Shown piece by piece: positions 51,001 to 64,000 of a stretch of DNA of 64,000 bases. Source of the stretch: Marsupella aquatica (Eukaryota > Plantae > Marchantiophyta); contig OZ316892.1 of the NCBI GenBank assembly GCA_973895155.1, positions 23,413,168-23,477,167 of the forward strand, written 5' to 3'. Every line of letters begins with the position of its first letter. Position 1 is the first letter of the stretch. A model generated the notes under the pieces. The model worked only from the letters and a program-made list of their open reading frames with translations. It did not search any database and was not told where the DNA came from. Position numbers and translations under genes: made by a program.

Positions 51001-54000
51001 AAATAGGCCTAAATACAATGCACACGTACACAACGGGCCTTTGTGTTCTCATGCTTTCTCCCCTGGCAGAGCGTCGATGAGCTGTCTACACAAAATCATT
51101 TTAATTCCGACCTATTAATCTTGCGTCTCAGTTTATTACCGTTTTTCTTTAGACTTAGTTCCTTCCTGTCTTTGCAGGCTATTTCTTTCCATAGCTGCCG
51201 CAGCCCCATGTTGGATTCGAACTCGAAGCTGAAATCCATGCATAGGATCAAAGCGAAGCGATCCGTGCTTTCTATTGTAATTTATCGAGGTTCAACACAA
51301 GTTGAAAGAATGTTTTCCTATCGAAAATAAAGGGGAATATCTGTCCCTCTTTCCTACAAAAGCGAAAATGAAAAGGGGGAATAATGCCTGGGCAAAGTTT
51401 AAGGGCTACACGTACTTCTCTTCATCGATTGCCGATTCTTCCCGATGACTATTTCATCTTCTGTTGACTTTGCCACATGTAATGCAAATGATTGTGCATG
51501 GAACGATGATTTCGACTTGGAGATCAACATCGATCACATTGTTCAATTGCATAAGATTAAAGGCACCCAGTTCTCCCACCAGTGTAGCGGGTATTCCTCG
51601 GCTATCCTGATTGAGTACATGTCTTTAAAATGCCTTCGAATATATTTTTGTCTAGTACACGGGTTTGAGCAAAGGTGAACTGTTCTGGCCCATCGACTAT
51701 CAACGGATGTAGCTCCAATCTTCTTGGACGTGGTGATCTTACTTCATTTGCTCTTAACTTGTCTGTTGCTTTGCTTTTTCCTTCTGAATTCTCTGCATAG
51801 CTGGAGTCAATTCTGTATGGCAATTCAACGTGGACTGGGCACCCGTGTGCACACTCTCCTCACAAAATTCAACTATCGCAGTCTGTGTGCAACGACGTAT
51901 ATTATGGCTAGTCTATTAAGCTTCAATCAAGAACAGCGAACGAATGCCGTTGTGATCAGACCCAAAAGCATGATCGATCGCCAATCCTTCGTGGCTGTAA
52001 ACTTGTGAACTTGATGATCACCGCCCCTGAAGTTAAGCGCGGAAGCACATTCCCTGACAAAGCGTGCGAATGCGGATCGCAAATGTTGCGAAAGTCGTGT
52101 TGACCAGACGACAGAAGTACGGCCACTGTATGTCATAATTATGCAGTCCCGCTTCATGACTGCGATTCGTGGAGCTTTCAATTCCCCTCACCTTTCAATT
52201 CCCAATTTCCCATGCTCGAGTCTTTTAAGAACGACGCCTACTAGACAAAAAAACCCAAACATGTCTCAGGATGAACATCTCTTCCCGAGAACGGGGAGGT
52301 TGTGATTAAACTGAGTTATTGTAATACGTATAACGAGCAAAACTGAATTTTGGCCACTAAATTCAAATCACATTTCCGGCCCACTCAGTAGACTAATACA
52401 GCGAGGATACAGCTTTCTCGATCTAGTCAATAAGACAACCCATTAGGATTCACACCCCCTAAAATAGAACTACTTTCAAATATAACACTTGGGCCCACTA
52501 TCCACTCTCTAACATCGACTGTAGCAATAGCCTCATTTGAAATTTAAATCGAAACCTGTAGATGTGGACCAATCTCAAATTGGCAAACCGCAAAGTGCAT
52601 TCGACAGAGTGCTGCATGGAGGAATCGTCTGCTTAAATCAATGTTTCCTATTCTATTTTTGGGACCGAGCCAAGGTGGCAACTGCCACAACGGCCCAGGA
52701 GGAGCAGGGCAGGACACCTACGTAGTTTCTGATAAATTTCCTACACAATTGGATCCTCCCAAATCTAATGAACTGTAGTGTCGATTCCGCCTTACCGCAT
52801 GCCAAATTTTGGTGAATTTACCCACTTTTCTTCTCAATTTTTCCTCAGTGCCATCCCGCCAAAACCTGTCTGATAAGATTTTGACGGACATTTGCCGAAC
52901 TGAGGTCAGCTTAAATGGCACGTGCTGTCTAAACTAGATTGTAGTGAATCCAAAACTGTTGATTGAACCCAAAACTGTCTGAACCGACAGTAGTGAAGTG
53001 AAGTGAAGGAGTGAACTATTGTAGTGAATCCACAACTGTTGGTGTTATTAAGAATCAGAACTTGCTGGTGCTCTCTTCGTGCCACATTGTCATCGCCCCT
53101 GAACCAAGATTGAAAGCTATCCTAGCCAGAAATTTGCTTGGTGAGATCCCATTTGACCACTTCAGGTACATATTCTACTACCGTAATTGGCTGGGCAGGG
53201 CGCCAGGGCTAGTCCTATACTAGTCAGAGACATTAGGGAGTTTCAAGCTTCAGAGAATAATGATGGCTTTTGCCATAGCTTTTTCACAAGGTGACGTAAA
53301 AGTATTTAATTTTTTCTTTTGGCTAGCCTGTACAGTGACTTATGGTCATGGCACTGACAAATCTTTAAGGCAAAAAGTTGTGGATTATGAATTGGGTAGT
53401 CCATACCTTTTTCTGTCAGTAACCTTAATTAACTACTCACTTATGGTCCATCAAATTTGAAGCCTTGAGATGTCCTATTGGAGTTTATGGTCCAGGACAT
53501 CTGAACCCATTAGCTGGACCCAAAGCCAAAGTTTTCTGAGGTGGACAGAAAAATGGTGAGGGCCAGTGTTGTTTGGCCTCTCTTCTGAGTAACAGAGTCA
53601 CTCGGGCTGCTGGGCAGCAGCTGACTGGCCCAGGGGAGAAGTGAGGGTGAGGAAGTGAGAGAGAGTTTGGAGTTTAGGGTTTCCCAACTTGACCCTCTCA
53701 ATGGCAGCCAAACACAATTTGAAACAAAAATGAGGAGATTCGTAAGACAAGCCGGATCCATCATGGCACCTAGCACTTGGAGCTGTCATATTTAGGGTTT
53801 AAGGTTTACAACTGTGTATATATAACAGTGCAAAAGAGCAAAAGACACCAAACGGGAAGACAGGATCCCAGAGGCACGAGCGCTGATAAATGGGGGACAA
53901 AAAGGGAAAGGTCCATGAAAACCAAAAAGCCAAAGAGCCAAAAAAGCCCCAGAGCCAAATGGCCAGAGGGTCCCATGAACAGCAAAAGAATTATGTACGT

Positions 54001-54911
54001 GCTTGATTGTGGAACAGTTTGCGTTGTAGTTTTCAAATACTGAACTATGGCAGGTAGAAAAGGTACACTACTCATAAGAAAGAGGTATCAACTTGCTGAA
54101 CCTAGGGGCAAACAGCAACAGAAATATACTAGTGCAGTTGAGCAACGAACCTACGATTCAAATATCTTCAGATTTGCTTTTTATTTATTCCTAAACACAC
54201 ACCAGGCCACAAGGTCCAAGACAACTTCAACTTAAAATCCAAACAATCTACTGACAGTAAGTGCGTAATTATTTGAACTAAATGCACGTCATCTGGTCAC
54301 TAAAATCAATACTTCAACCCACTTTACCATAGATAAGTGCTGCCTGCGTATATAAGTGCAGTCTGTGGTTAAGTGCAGGACAGCCCGGACGGCCATCTTG
54401 GCCCCTAGTATTACAGCAGTTTCCCTTGAAAATGTACAGTATCTACATAAATGCAGATAGACCTCAGTAAACAACCAAATATGGCAACTGCAGGATCAAT
54501 ACATAAGTGCATTATCATCTATAAGTGTACACATGCATCCATGTGAAGCATTTATTGATAAGTGGAACAGACATTACATACATAATGAGTTTCATGCACT
54601 TTTCCAATTGCATAGTGCAGGCTTGGGGTACGAGGAGTTGGATGTATGTGATCTGACAGTACATAAAAGAAAATGCAAGAACGATAATTTTCCATGCACT
54701 TATTGGGTAGTGCAATCATGCTCATATGGAGAAGTACATAAAGGATATCCAGTGCATTTATAACATTGTGCATATTAAGGTGGATAATTAAGTGGAGGCT
54801 TGAAGCGTTTTTCCAGGCGCGTGCACTTAGGCTCGGTACTCTTGGATGTTGAGTGGGTTCTTAAGCTATCTCCATCCTCACATGAAAGTCTCAAATGTCT
54901 ATAAATCTACA

Positions 54912-55664
54912 TGAGGCACATGGGCACGGACCTGGACTAATATATAGAGAAGGGGGGAGATGTTGAAAGCAAGCAACACCACCAACCAGATCGGAACAAA
55001 GCGAGCAACAACAGCAACGGTGGACCAATGCACATCGTCGGCATGAGAGCTCACGCTGCTTCGCATAGCCATAGCCATCTTGATGGGCAGCACGGTTCTT
55101 TTGGACCCTGGAGGCACTCACCATGCAGGGCACGACCACAGACCGAAAGATGCCAGCCAGGTAACTGAAGCCCCTCTTCGGCGTATAGTCATCTCACAAG
55201 TGCTAGAGCTGGGAATCGTTGCGCATTCCGTAATCATTGGACTTTCGCTGGGAGTATCTCAGAGTCCTTGCACCATTCGACCACTGATGGCAGCGGTCGT
55301 CTTCCATCAATTCTTCGAGGGCTTTGCGCTGGGCGGCTGCATTTCGCAGGCGGGATTCAAGAAGATGTCGGCTGGCATGGAATCATGGCGACGTTTTTTG
55401 CAATTACAACTCCGTTCGGGGTATGCTTGAATGGGCATAGGAATTGCCTCCGGCTACGACCAGAACAGCCCCCATGCTCTGATTGTCGAGGGCGTGTTTG
55501 ACTCGTTATCTGCGGGAATTCTCATTTACATGGCCTTGGTGGACCTCATTGCCGCCGACTTCTTGAGTAGAAGACTACGCTGTGACCGCCAGCTGCAAGT
55601 AATCTCATTTATCTCTCTATTTGGAGGAGCTGGGGCCATGGCTGCGATTGCCATTTGGGCATAG
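54912..55664 (+). pseudogene. 5'-truncated, frameshifted ZIP transporter duplicate
   Basis: Near-identical to 21629-22367 but lacks TM1-3; small insertions near 54940, 55100, 55376 and 55430 split the frame. Confidence 0.92.
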
Positions 55665-56005
55665 TCAAATTTCTTTTCGTCCCTTGACCTACCCACCCAC
55701 AAAATTAAATTAATTGACCATCCATTGGAGAATTGTGACCCGGTGTGCCTTAAATTGGCACAAGGGAGCTTACCCCGCAATAAAAGACGCCTTCAATTCT
55801 TTGCACCGTTTCTACTTCTAGGCTGCGGACGACAGAATAAGTAGCGGCCGGGAGAGCCTAAAATGGAGGGAGATCAATGGACGAAATTGCTAACCCAAAT
55901 CTAAGAGCTAATTATACTCCCGTAAAGCAAGCACAACAGACGTGCGGCGCACGCCTGAACTACAAAGAATTCTAAGGTCATATATTTGCGTGCTGTCACC
56001 AGTAC

Positions 56006-56326
56006 TTCGTCTACCTAGCTTACTAGCTAGTAACGCGGAGGTTTCAAACAGGTTCGGCATGGGATGGTTTTGAATGTTCGATACGTTTCGTCTACCTAGC
56101 TTACTAGTAACGCGAAGGATTCCAACAGGTTCCGCATGGGTTAGTTTTGAGTGTTCGATACTTTTCGTCTACCTAGCTTACTAGTAACGGAGAGGTTTCC
56201 AACAGGTTTCGCTTGGGATAGTTTTGAGTGTTCGATAGTTTTTATGTACCTAGTTCACTAGTAACGCGCGCGGAGGTTTCCAACAGGTTTCCCTGGGAAT
56301 AGTTTTGAGTGTTCGATAATTTTCAG
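56006..56326 (+). repeat. ~77-bp minisatellite, 4 units, upstream of BTB copy A4
   Basis: Same unit as at 34463-34782. Confidence 0.88.
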
Positions 56327-56495
56327 TCCTGAGAAGGAACTCGACCATTCGAAGGTAGTGCAGGGAACTCAATCATTCTAAGGTAGTGCAGGGAATCTCG
56401 TTCGCGATCTTGTTTGGAAATATTCATTGCCAAACTGTGTTACATGCGAAACAAAGCGGAAGTTTAGGATTTAGGTTTACTCAAAGCCAATCGAT

Positions 56496-57248
56496 ATGTC
56501 GGAGAATGTACTAGATATGTGCCAGCGAAAGCTGAGGTTATTAGGTTACCAGTTTGACAATGATGCAGGGGAGCAAACAGGCGATACGATGATCATAGTC
56601 GGAGGCAACAGAGCGGACCCGATATTTGCTCACAAATCAGTACTGGTGTGTGATACGGGCGCCCAATCATCTGACTATTTGCTCGTTTGCACTTTCTTCT
56701 TTCAAGAAACAAAATAGTTTCCAAATCGCATGATAGAAGTCTCAATGCTGTAGCAATAGCTCTTCACAGCATGTATGTACGCAGAAGTAGATGAAGTCCT
56801 GCAATCCAAGTTACACCCTAAAATTGATATATATTGCATCATTGACGGTTTTTTTCCCTGAGAAAATTGGCAGACAAGCGAATCAACAGTACTAAGTAAA
56901 ATTTTCCAAGCCAGGACCGGGGAACAGCAGATAGGAGCACTTTATATCAATGATGCTTCTCTCAAAGCCATACGCGCAATGATTAGATTTTTCTACATTG
57001 CTGAAGTAGACTTCACTGAAGCTCCTGCCGAAGAGTTAGCGGAAGTCGCTCTTAAATATGATGTTGCCCGTCTCCGGATGGTATGTGAGGAACATCTAGC
57101 AAAAACAATAAACATAGAGAACATGACAAAGAGGTTGTTGTTTGCTAAGAAGTTTGACTCCTCTATTATCCTGGCAGCGGCTATAAAGTTCTTTAAAGCA
57201 AACTTTGACGATGCCGTTCCGGGTTTCATGTCGGAATGTTGTAAGTAG
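56496..57248 (+). CDS. BTB/POZ protein type A, copy A4; join(56496..56645,56874..57248)
   Basis: Near-identical to A3; open reading frame with GT-AG phase-0 intron. Confidence 0.83.
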
Positions 57249-60200
57249 TAGTTTTGAAGAAATTTTACGATCAGAATAGCGTTTTGTATGTTTCTTACTA
57301 CCACTTTGCCTGTAGGTTTTCACGAGACCACTCAGATCTAGACCTTTCTTAGTAGCTATCTTCTAGGTTAGACAGTTGGATTTGCAGTTCTACTTGCGGA
57401 TAGGGAACAGCTGCTTCAGCATTTGCATTTCAATCACCTGACTTGATATAGTATGTAAGGACAAAATGATCGAAATGATCAAGTTTCAGATCCCGAGCAA
57501 CAGTATTCTATATTGCAGGTTGTCGTGTCTTGATTATTTTGACCTAATTGGTATGGTCCAGAGTACTTTCCAATCAACTGGTTTGAATTTGTTTTAAATT
57601 GTGTGGGTCAAGTATTTACTCTCCAACTCTGTATTGATTCAAAAACAACTGGTTAATTTGAACTTGTTTTAAACCCAAGTCAAGTATTTCCTCTTTAACT
57701 TTGTTTTGATTTGAGAACAACTAGTTTCTTGGGCGTCTGCTGAGACTCAAGAGTCATGAACTATTGTTCTAGCGAGCTGAGTACTAGCTACCTCCCGAAA
57801 TACCTGAGCAGGTTGAAGCTCATGATTCACTCACCTCGCCGGAATGTGATGTGACAGAATTGGGTTCCTTGCCACTTTATATGAAATGCAAGACTGTTTT
57901 ACCCTGCAGGATGCTGGAAGATTTAGATTGTCGAGTTCGTCTGGTGGATTCTCTTTAGGTTTCGCGGCACAAAAACAAAAGAACAAAAAAACAAAATTAA
58001 AAAAAATCGAACTAGAGGTTTACGAGAAACTAGTTGCTGCCAGAGTCGAACTCATTTTATTCTAGCAAAATCTTCTTATTTTAGGTCCATGTTTCCGGCA
58101 TTGTAACGTGCCACTGTCAATATGAAGTTTCGGAAAATAAAACACATCTACAAATCTTGGCATCTTTTCGACGTGTACGACCTCTTGACGTCACGGTACT
58201 CTCACTTGAATCTCCTTCTTTATCATGATATTATCAGACTTTCTAACAGGTTCAGTTAATTTTTCCCCTTTTCTAGCTAAGTGCGTTTTCTTGTCATATC
58301 TTTCTAAAGTATTGCATATATCTAAGAAGGGTTCTCAGCCTTGTGTAGTTCGGTGAGCGGATCGGATCATCTACGTCTGATCGACTGAAGATAGCAAGAT
58401 TTTGTCACACAAGTTTCCGGAAAACGTTTATACCTGTGGGAATGATACGCAGATCTAACAGTTGCTCATGCACGAAAACTACGGGTATTGTCTCGATCTT
58501 AATAAGACAAACATTGCTCCCTCAACTAAATCTCTCGTGAAGGGATACTTGTACTTGTCTGAGATGAAAGGGTGCGCATGCAGGTAGTGTATATATATAT
58601 ATATTCAAAATTGCTTTGTACTGGTGAGGCTTAAGCTGTTAGGCGTCCGAAAGAGAGGCAATTTAAAGCGAGCTTGGAGTTTGCATGAGTGATCGAAGAT
58701 TTATGCTAAATAAAATGGCGTGTAAATAGAGAAATTTTCAACTTTAATGCAACGGGTCGTTAGAGTTGGATCGATAGAGTCCGCTTTTCCGACTAGCGGC
58801 AGGTCCAGAGTACTTGAAGTTTCTATCACCAGATTTCGAAAACTTTTTGAAAGGATCTACAGGTGGAAAGCGAAATAGCTGTAACGTACATTCTATCCTA
58901 TGTCACTAGCTAGAATCATGATCGAGGTATATCTCTTTCGCCTGAAAACTAGTAGCCACACGAAGTAGCATTTTTACATCTGAATTCACATATCAGCGGA
59001 GAACCACTGACTGCTTGCCATCGAAAGGGCCGCAGTCTACATGACTGATCGACACGTTAGTGTTGCCAACAATACCAGCAACAACTCTGATATCTTCACC
59101 GCAACTTAAAATAGTGCTTTGGTCTTAGTTTAGAACAAAAAGCCTTTTCTACAGGCCGGCCTTTCATCTGGCAGGTGGCTCCAGGTGTTTTGTCGGGTCC
59201 TGTTTTTTCAAAAAAATTATCATCTAGGGAGGCCTTGGATTACGCCAGCCATTCCCTCATCAAAAAGGTAATTCATATGTTATCATGTTCAGGACAGAAG
59301 TCCTGGCCTCTGAACGTTTGAATTAGGGAAATCTAAGTACTCTACGCCTATCCATATGTCAGCTATCTGAGAGAAGTTACGCACAAAAACACCTTTCGGA
59401 TTTGCATGTGCATGCATGCACGAATCCACTTCAGTAGCCAAAACGACAAACTCGGGTCTGGTTAGGTGACTTCAGTTTCAGAATAGTTTGGATTAATATG
59501 GAAACGACATTTGAGCGAACATTTGAGTAGCGATGATTACACCAGGCCTGCAAATGAACGCCTGCCCAATTTGCAACACACGAAGGCTTCTGTTATGTCA
59601 CTTCTTGGTTTTCGATCTTTTAATTAATGTGTCGAGTGGGAACTTTTTATGAGTCTACCATTTTTCATTAACAACGTAAGTTAGCTATGTTGACAAGAGA
59701 ACTCCTGGAATGCGAGGTTTTTTAAGAAATTTAATTACCCTGCACCTATCCGTCGTTAGCTACTGTAGTGGGAAAGTCACTCATGTATGGAGAAACTAGG
59801 AAGATCAGCATTGGGTGTGATATGCACGAACCCAATCCAGTATTCATCTACAAAGGAACAACTCGAGCCTGGCTACATTATAGTTTCAATTGATTACCCT
59901 GGATTATCGAAAAGGCACTTGGGCGGAAATAATGACCACGTTTCTTACAAGACACGCTTAATTAATATGTTCAGTAACTTTCGTCCCACATTCTAGCTAC
60001 GATTGGAATTTAGCACCTTCTTGTGCGGCGGGATCCATTCACACCTGAAGCTGGAGGTCCTTGCCCAGGTAGAATTGTCCCGTCAGCAGTGAGTCTTCAC
60101 GGTCTCCCCGAATCTTTGCCGGGAATCTTTGTTAGTTTCTGTATTTTGTGTCGTTTGCTCTAGATATATACAAGATGGAAACTTTTTGACAATTCCAAAT

Positions 60201-61837
60201 TTCTGTTTACTAGTGGCTTCCCTTGTAGTGATGCTGTCTTTCTTCGGTATGACCTAACTAAGAGGATCACCTATGCTCAAGTTATGGCTGTCACTTGTGA
60301 ATTAGTATTGGATCGATAGTGTTCTAAGTCATTTATTTAAATTATAGATCAACAAAACCTGAAGAGGCCAATTCCAGCAATTGCAAACCCAAAAAGCCCA
60401 TTCTCCAGAGCCAAGAGGTTAGTACTGGGTTCGTAGTGTTCATTGTCATTATATAAATAGTTCAACAAAGCCCATATCAAAGAGGTGGAGGAAGCACTGA
60501 AACTCGTACGTACTGAAACTCGTACGTGATAGATACGGTCTACAATGTATGCAGATGTGAAGTGATTGAGATGCGCGATCATAGGACGAATAAATTCCTC
60601 TTCAAAGGGCTATCTGCCTCAAGAAGAATTGGTTATGTTATGAATTAAGACTGCATACTCCGGAGCTCCATCATGATATTTTGTTGGGCTATAGTGACCC
60701 TGCCTTGGCGCAGCGCAATTCTGAATTTCTGAAACCTCAATTGTTGGATCGTCGTTAACAGTCATTGCTGGGACCAGTTAACCACTTGCCTCCAACCACT
60801 CATGCAGCACCGCAAACCCTTTCCAATCAGTCTGATCAGACTCAGAAACTTGTAGTTGCTCTGTTTTTGCTCTATACAGTTTGTTAGGGTTGGGTTAATA
60901 CTTCAATGTAAAAGAAAATGCATAACACACTGGCGCACATATGAAGGTTTTGTTTTAAGTTTTACTATGCGCAGCTCTTAGTGCTCTTTTGATAAGGTCT
61001 CGGATCGGACTGACCACTCCACCACTCAATTGCTTGCGGGTTGACCAAGCTGGCCAGGTAGCATGCAGGACCATCGGACCTTTTGAGTAATGGGCTCCAG
61101 AATTGCTCTAGGCACAAGAAAATGAAGCCGGACGATCAGGTAAGGGGCTCCAGAATAGCTGTAGGCACAATACAATAGAGCGGGACTGGGATTTTGACAG
61201 AGTTACTTCACTTTGTTGCGACTCTTCCGGTATCATGGCCGCGCACTAGTTGGGTGTTTAATTGTGGCCCAGCTTGCCCCGGCCCCCTTTGCAAAGTCTG
61301 TTCCCTTGCTGGGTTCGTCCCGTTGCTTGGTATTTACAGACCCTGCATCCCTCCCTGTTTAAGAAACCCAATAAAAACAACCAAGAAAAAAAAACTAGGC
61401 AGGTCGTTGTGGAGTCATATGCATATTTTCAAGCTTCCTACTCCTCCCCCCTCAGGAAGAGACTCCCCACGAACTATAATTGCAAACTAGCAGGCTTTGG
61501 CCATCTCCCTTCAGAATCAAGTGTGAATGTGGAAGGCGATTAAAGTTAGCAACTCTGAGATGGAGTCTATTAGAGGTTAACATGCTTGGCTTTCACTAAT
61601 CCACAAAATGCACTTATCCACGCTACACTTATGCCCAAGTTCAATGCAATAAACATTCATTATTCAAGAAATAATATTCCACTACCAGTACGCAAACTAA
61701 GGTGTATCCGTCCAGCTCCATCCAGCTCCCATAACAAACATTCATTCGCTCACAGCCTGATATTGTGAGAGATCAGCCATTTTACTGCTCTACTGAACTT
61801 GGGACTGCGCATAATTACCTTTGATTTGTCAGAATGG

Positions 61838-62902
61838 TGGGATCATGTTCTTGATGCTTCAAATCTTTCCTCCACTCTGGGCAGTCCATCAATCTCTCGC
61901 GCATGTGCAAAAAGAAAGCATCTAGGGAAGGGAAGCCGGTTTGCTGCGAGGACCACAAAGCTCGAGTCAAGCCTCAATTTTCTCCGTCTTGCTTTTGATA
62001 ATGCACCGATAGCTGGAGTTCTTGGAAGTGATTTGATCCTTGTAATTCAAGGATTAAGTGATCAATTTTCTCCACGCCCACAAAATGATTCTGGTTTGTG
62101 ACACTATGCATTTTGTTAGTTTACTAGCTACTTTTGTCGAAGAGGTTGAAGTTGTTGCTGCTTTGTCCAAAATTGTCATCCCATAGTCCTTGGACAACTT
62201 CAATCTCTTCGGCAGATTGGCATGGGTCATTGTCGTAGTCAGTTCCTTCCTGCATACGTCTTTGAGGAAATCTAGTTGATACTTGTGAGCAACTTGCAGA
62301 ACATCATCTAGAGTTACCGTGTCCATGAATTCTATTTGGGCATCATAACAGAACTTAACAACTGCTCTCATGACGGGTAGTGTGATGTCATCGATCCTCA
62401 AAATACTTGTCTCCTTCTCCAACATGTTTGTATCAAACATTGTGTGGAACACGGGTGATTTGCTGGCTTGCGTAATTTTTGTACAAATAAGTTTAAGTTT
62501 CAAGGTAGGCGGATGACTCAAAGAACAAAACTAGCTAGTAAACTAACAAAATGCATAATGTCATGAACTGGAATCACATTATGGGCATGCAGATGACTCA
62601 AAGAACAAAAGTAGCTAGTAAACGAACAAAATCAATAGTGTCATGAATCAAAATCATTTTGTGGGCGTGGAGAGGCTAATCACTTAATACTTGAATTACA
62701 AGGATGAAATCATTTTCAAAAACTCTAACTATGGGTGCATTATTAAAAGCAAGACGGAGAAAATTGAGGCTCGACTCAAGCTTTGTGGTCCTCGCAGCAA
62801 ACTGGCTTCCCTCCCCTAGATCCTTTCTTTTCACACATGCGCAGGAGATTGATGAACTACATAGAGTGAAAAAAGATTTGAACCATCCAAAACATGATCC
62901 CA
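61838..62902. repeat. ~300-bp inverted repeat (61838-62137 and 62605-62902) of a BTB exon 1 plus intron start
   Basis: Plus arm tgggatcatg...ctcaattttctccgtcttgct...cacgcccacaaaatgatt...tagctacttttgt is the reverse complement of the right arm. Confidence 0.85.
62138..62902 (-). pseudogene. Divergent BTB/POZ gene (type C), disrupted
   Basis: Exon 2 ASKSPVFHTMF...LRIDDITLPVMRAVVKFCY...VAHKYQLDFLKDVC; exon 1 ends in HAHKMIL but has stops and frameshifts; 3' end runs into the inverted copy. Confidence 0.75.
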
Positions 62903-63453
62903 GGTTAGTAAACTAACAAAATGCATAGTGTCATGAAGCAGAATCATTTTGTGGGCATGGAAATCTAGTTGATACTTGTGAGTAACTTGCAGAACATCAT
63001 CTGGAGTTACCGTGTCTGTGAATTCTATCTGGACATTGTAACAGAACTTAACAATTGCTCTCATGACGGGTAGTGTGATGTCATCGATCCTCAAAATTGT
63101 TTGCCTGGCTGCTTGCTTGATTGTAGCAGCAAAGTAGAGCAAGCCCTTGGCTGATGTTGCCAAGTAAACTCCCCGTCAAGGATGAGGGACTAGGAAAACC
63201 AGAAAGAGATTATACCAAGTTGGCGACTCAGGATTATAGCCTACAAAGATCTCGCAATCAGGGCTGGTCCCAAGCAAGTAGGGGTCGAACAAGGATCTCT
63301 AGTGCAAAGATTCAACAGGTTGCGGGAGACAACGAGAGAGTTCCATGTTCTGTAGGTGGAGTGCAGATTTAATATGGTCGGGAGAGGCAGCCTAGAAAGC
63401 ACTTTTTCCACAAGGTCTTCTAGCAGATCACTCCATTGTATGTATTCACCCAT
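62903..63453 (-). pseudogene. Truncated F-box duplicate fused to BTB fragments
   Basis: 63453-63108 copies the first ~115 codons of 42780..43901 with frameshifts, then joins ILRIDDITLPVMRAIVKFCY...HKYQLDF and HAHKMIL. Its upstream region to 64000 copies about 43900-44340. Confidence 0.85.
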
Positions 63454-63550
63454 ATTCCATAGGTACTCCTCACGTTACAATTGGAAGCTTCAACCAAATA
63501 TTACGGACAACAGCCAACCGAAACTAATGTCAGAAGTGAGGAAGAAAAAC

Positions 63551-63710
63551 AAGAAACTAAGTAATAATAGGGGTTTCTTCTCCCTTCTCCCAATCTAGTT
63601 AAGACAAGAAACTAAGTAATAATAGGGGTTTCTTCTCCCTTCTCCCAATCTAGTTAAGACAAGAAACTAAGTAATAATAGGGGTTTCTTCTCCCTTCTCC
63701 CAATCTAGTT
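63551..63710 (+). repeat. 55-bp perfect tandem triplication in the duplicated F-box 5' region
   Basis: aagaaactaagtaataataggggtttcttctcccttctcccaatctagttaagac at 63551, 63606 and 63661 (last copy partial); single copy near 44000. Confidence 0.92.
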
Positions 63711-64000
63711 TCCATCTATTTATCACATGGAGGAACAATTCTCAAGTTCCATGCAAAACATTGCATTATACGGAGCTCGAATAAATCGGACCCAAACCAG
63801 CACAGAGAAATTTTAGGAAAATTTAGACATCTAGCCAACACCCTTGCAATGAAAAGCTGAATCTTAAGCATTTTTCAGGAGAATTAAGATTCCAATACTC
63901 CCCATACAAAGAGTTCCCTTCAAAATTTCATCACACATCTAAAATTATCAACCAAAATATTACGAAACAATTTCAAAATGACTATGTCTAAAACACAAGC

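Larger units (their letters stand above)
54912..61550 (+). repeat. Segmental duplication of the ZIP-3'/BTB-A/downstream block
   Basis: 54912-57440 matches 21629-23920 and 34250-35880; 57770-61550 matches 38030-41810; 57900-59190 matches 32600-33925. Confidence 0.85.

Noticed and set aside
48400-54850. Many short ORFs and possible LTR fragments
   Set aside because: No protein motifs or paired termini that I could support; probably decayed repeats.

Overview
Eukaryotic, repeat-rich land-plant DNA, most like a bryophyte such as a liverwort (inferred from the gene families and intron style). 1-10.3 kb holds a decayed, mobile-element-like locus. On the minus strand it has a spliced gene of about 1,070 codons that fuses a ParB/Sulfiredoxin-like domain to a prokaryote-type beta-class N6A/N4C DNA amino-methyltransferase. 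A divergent unknown gene lies head-to-head with it, and a 14-16 bp palindrome (GCGATACAAGTATCGC) recurs in both introns, the shared promoter and the distal end. A 4.7-kb retroelement-derived insert splits this locus, and another retroelement relic follows at 10.3-13.9 kb. 21-64 kb is a birth-and-death cluster built by segmental duplication. It contains an intact intronless ZIP metal transporter and a broken copy, two subfamilies of two-exon BTB/POZ genes (4 intact, the rest pseudogenes or fragments), an intact F-box gene, a scrambled F-box/BTB chimera with a ~300-bp inverted repeat, MITEs and minisatellites. No rRNA, tRNA or CRISPR array was recognised.
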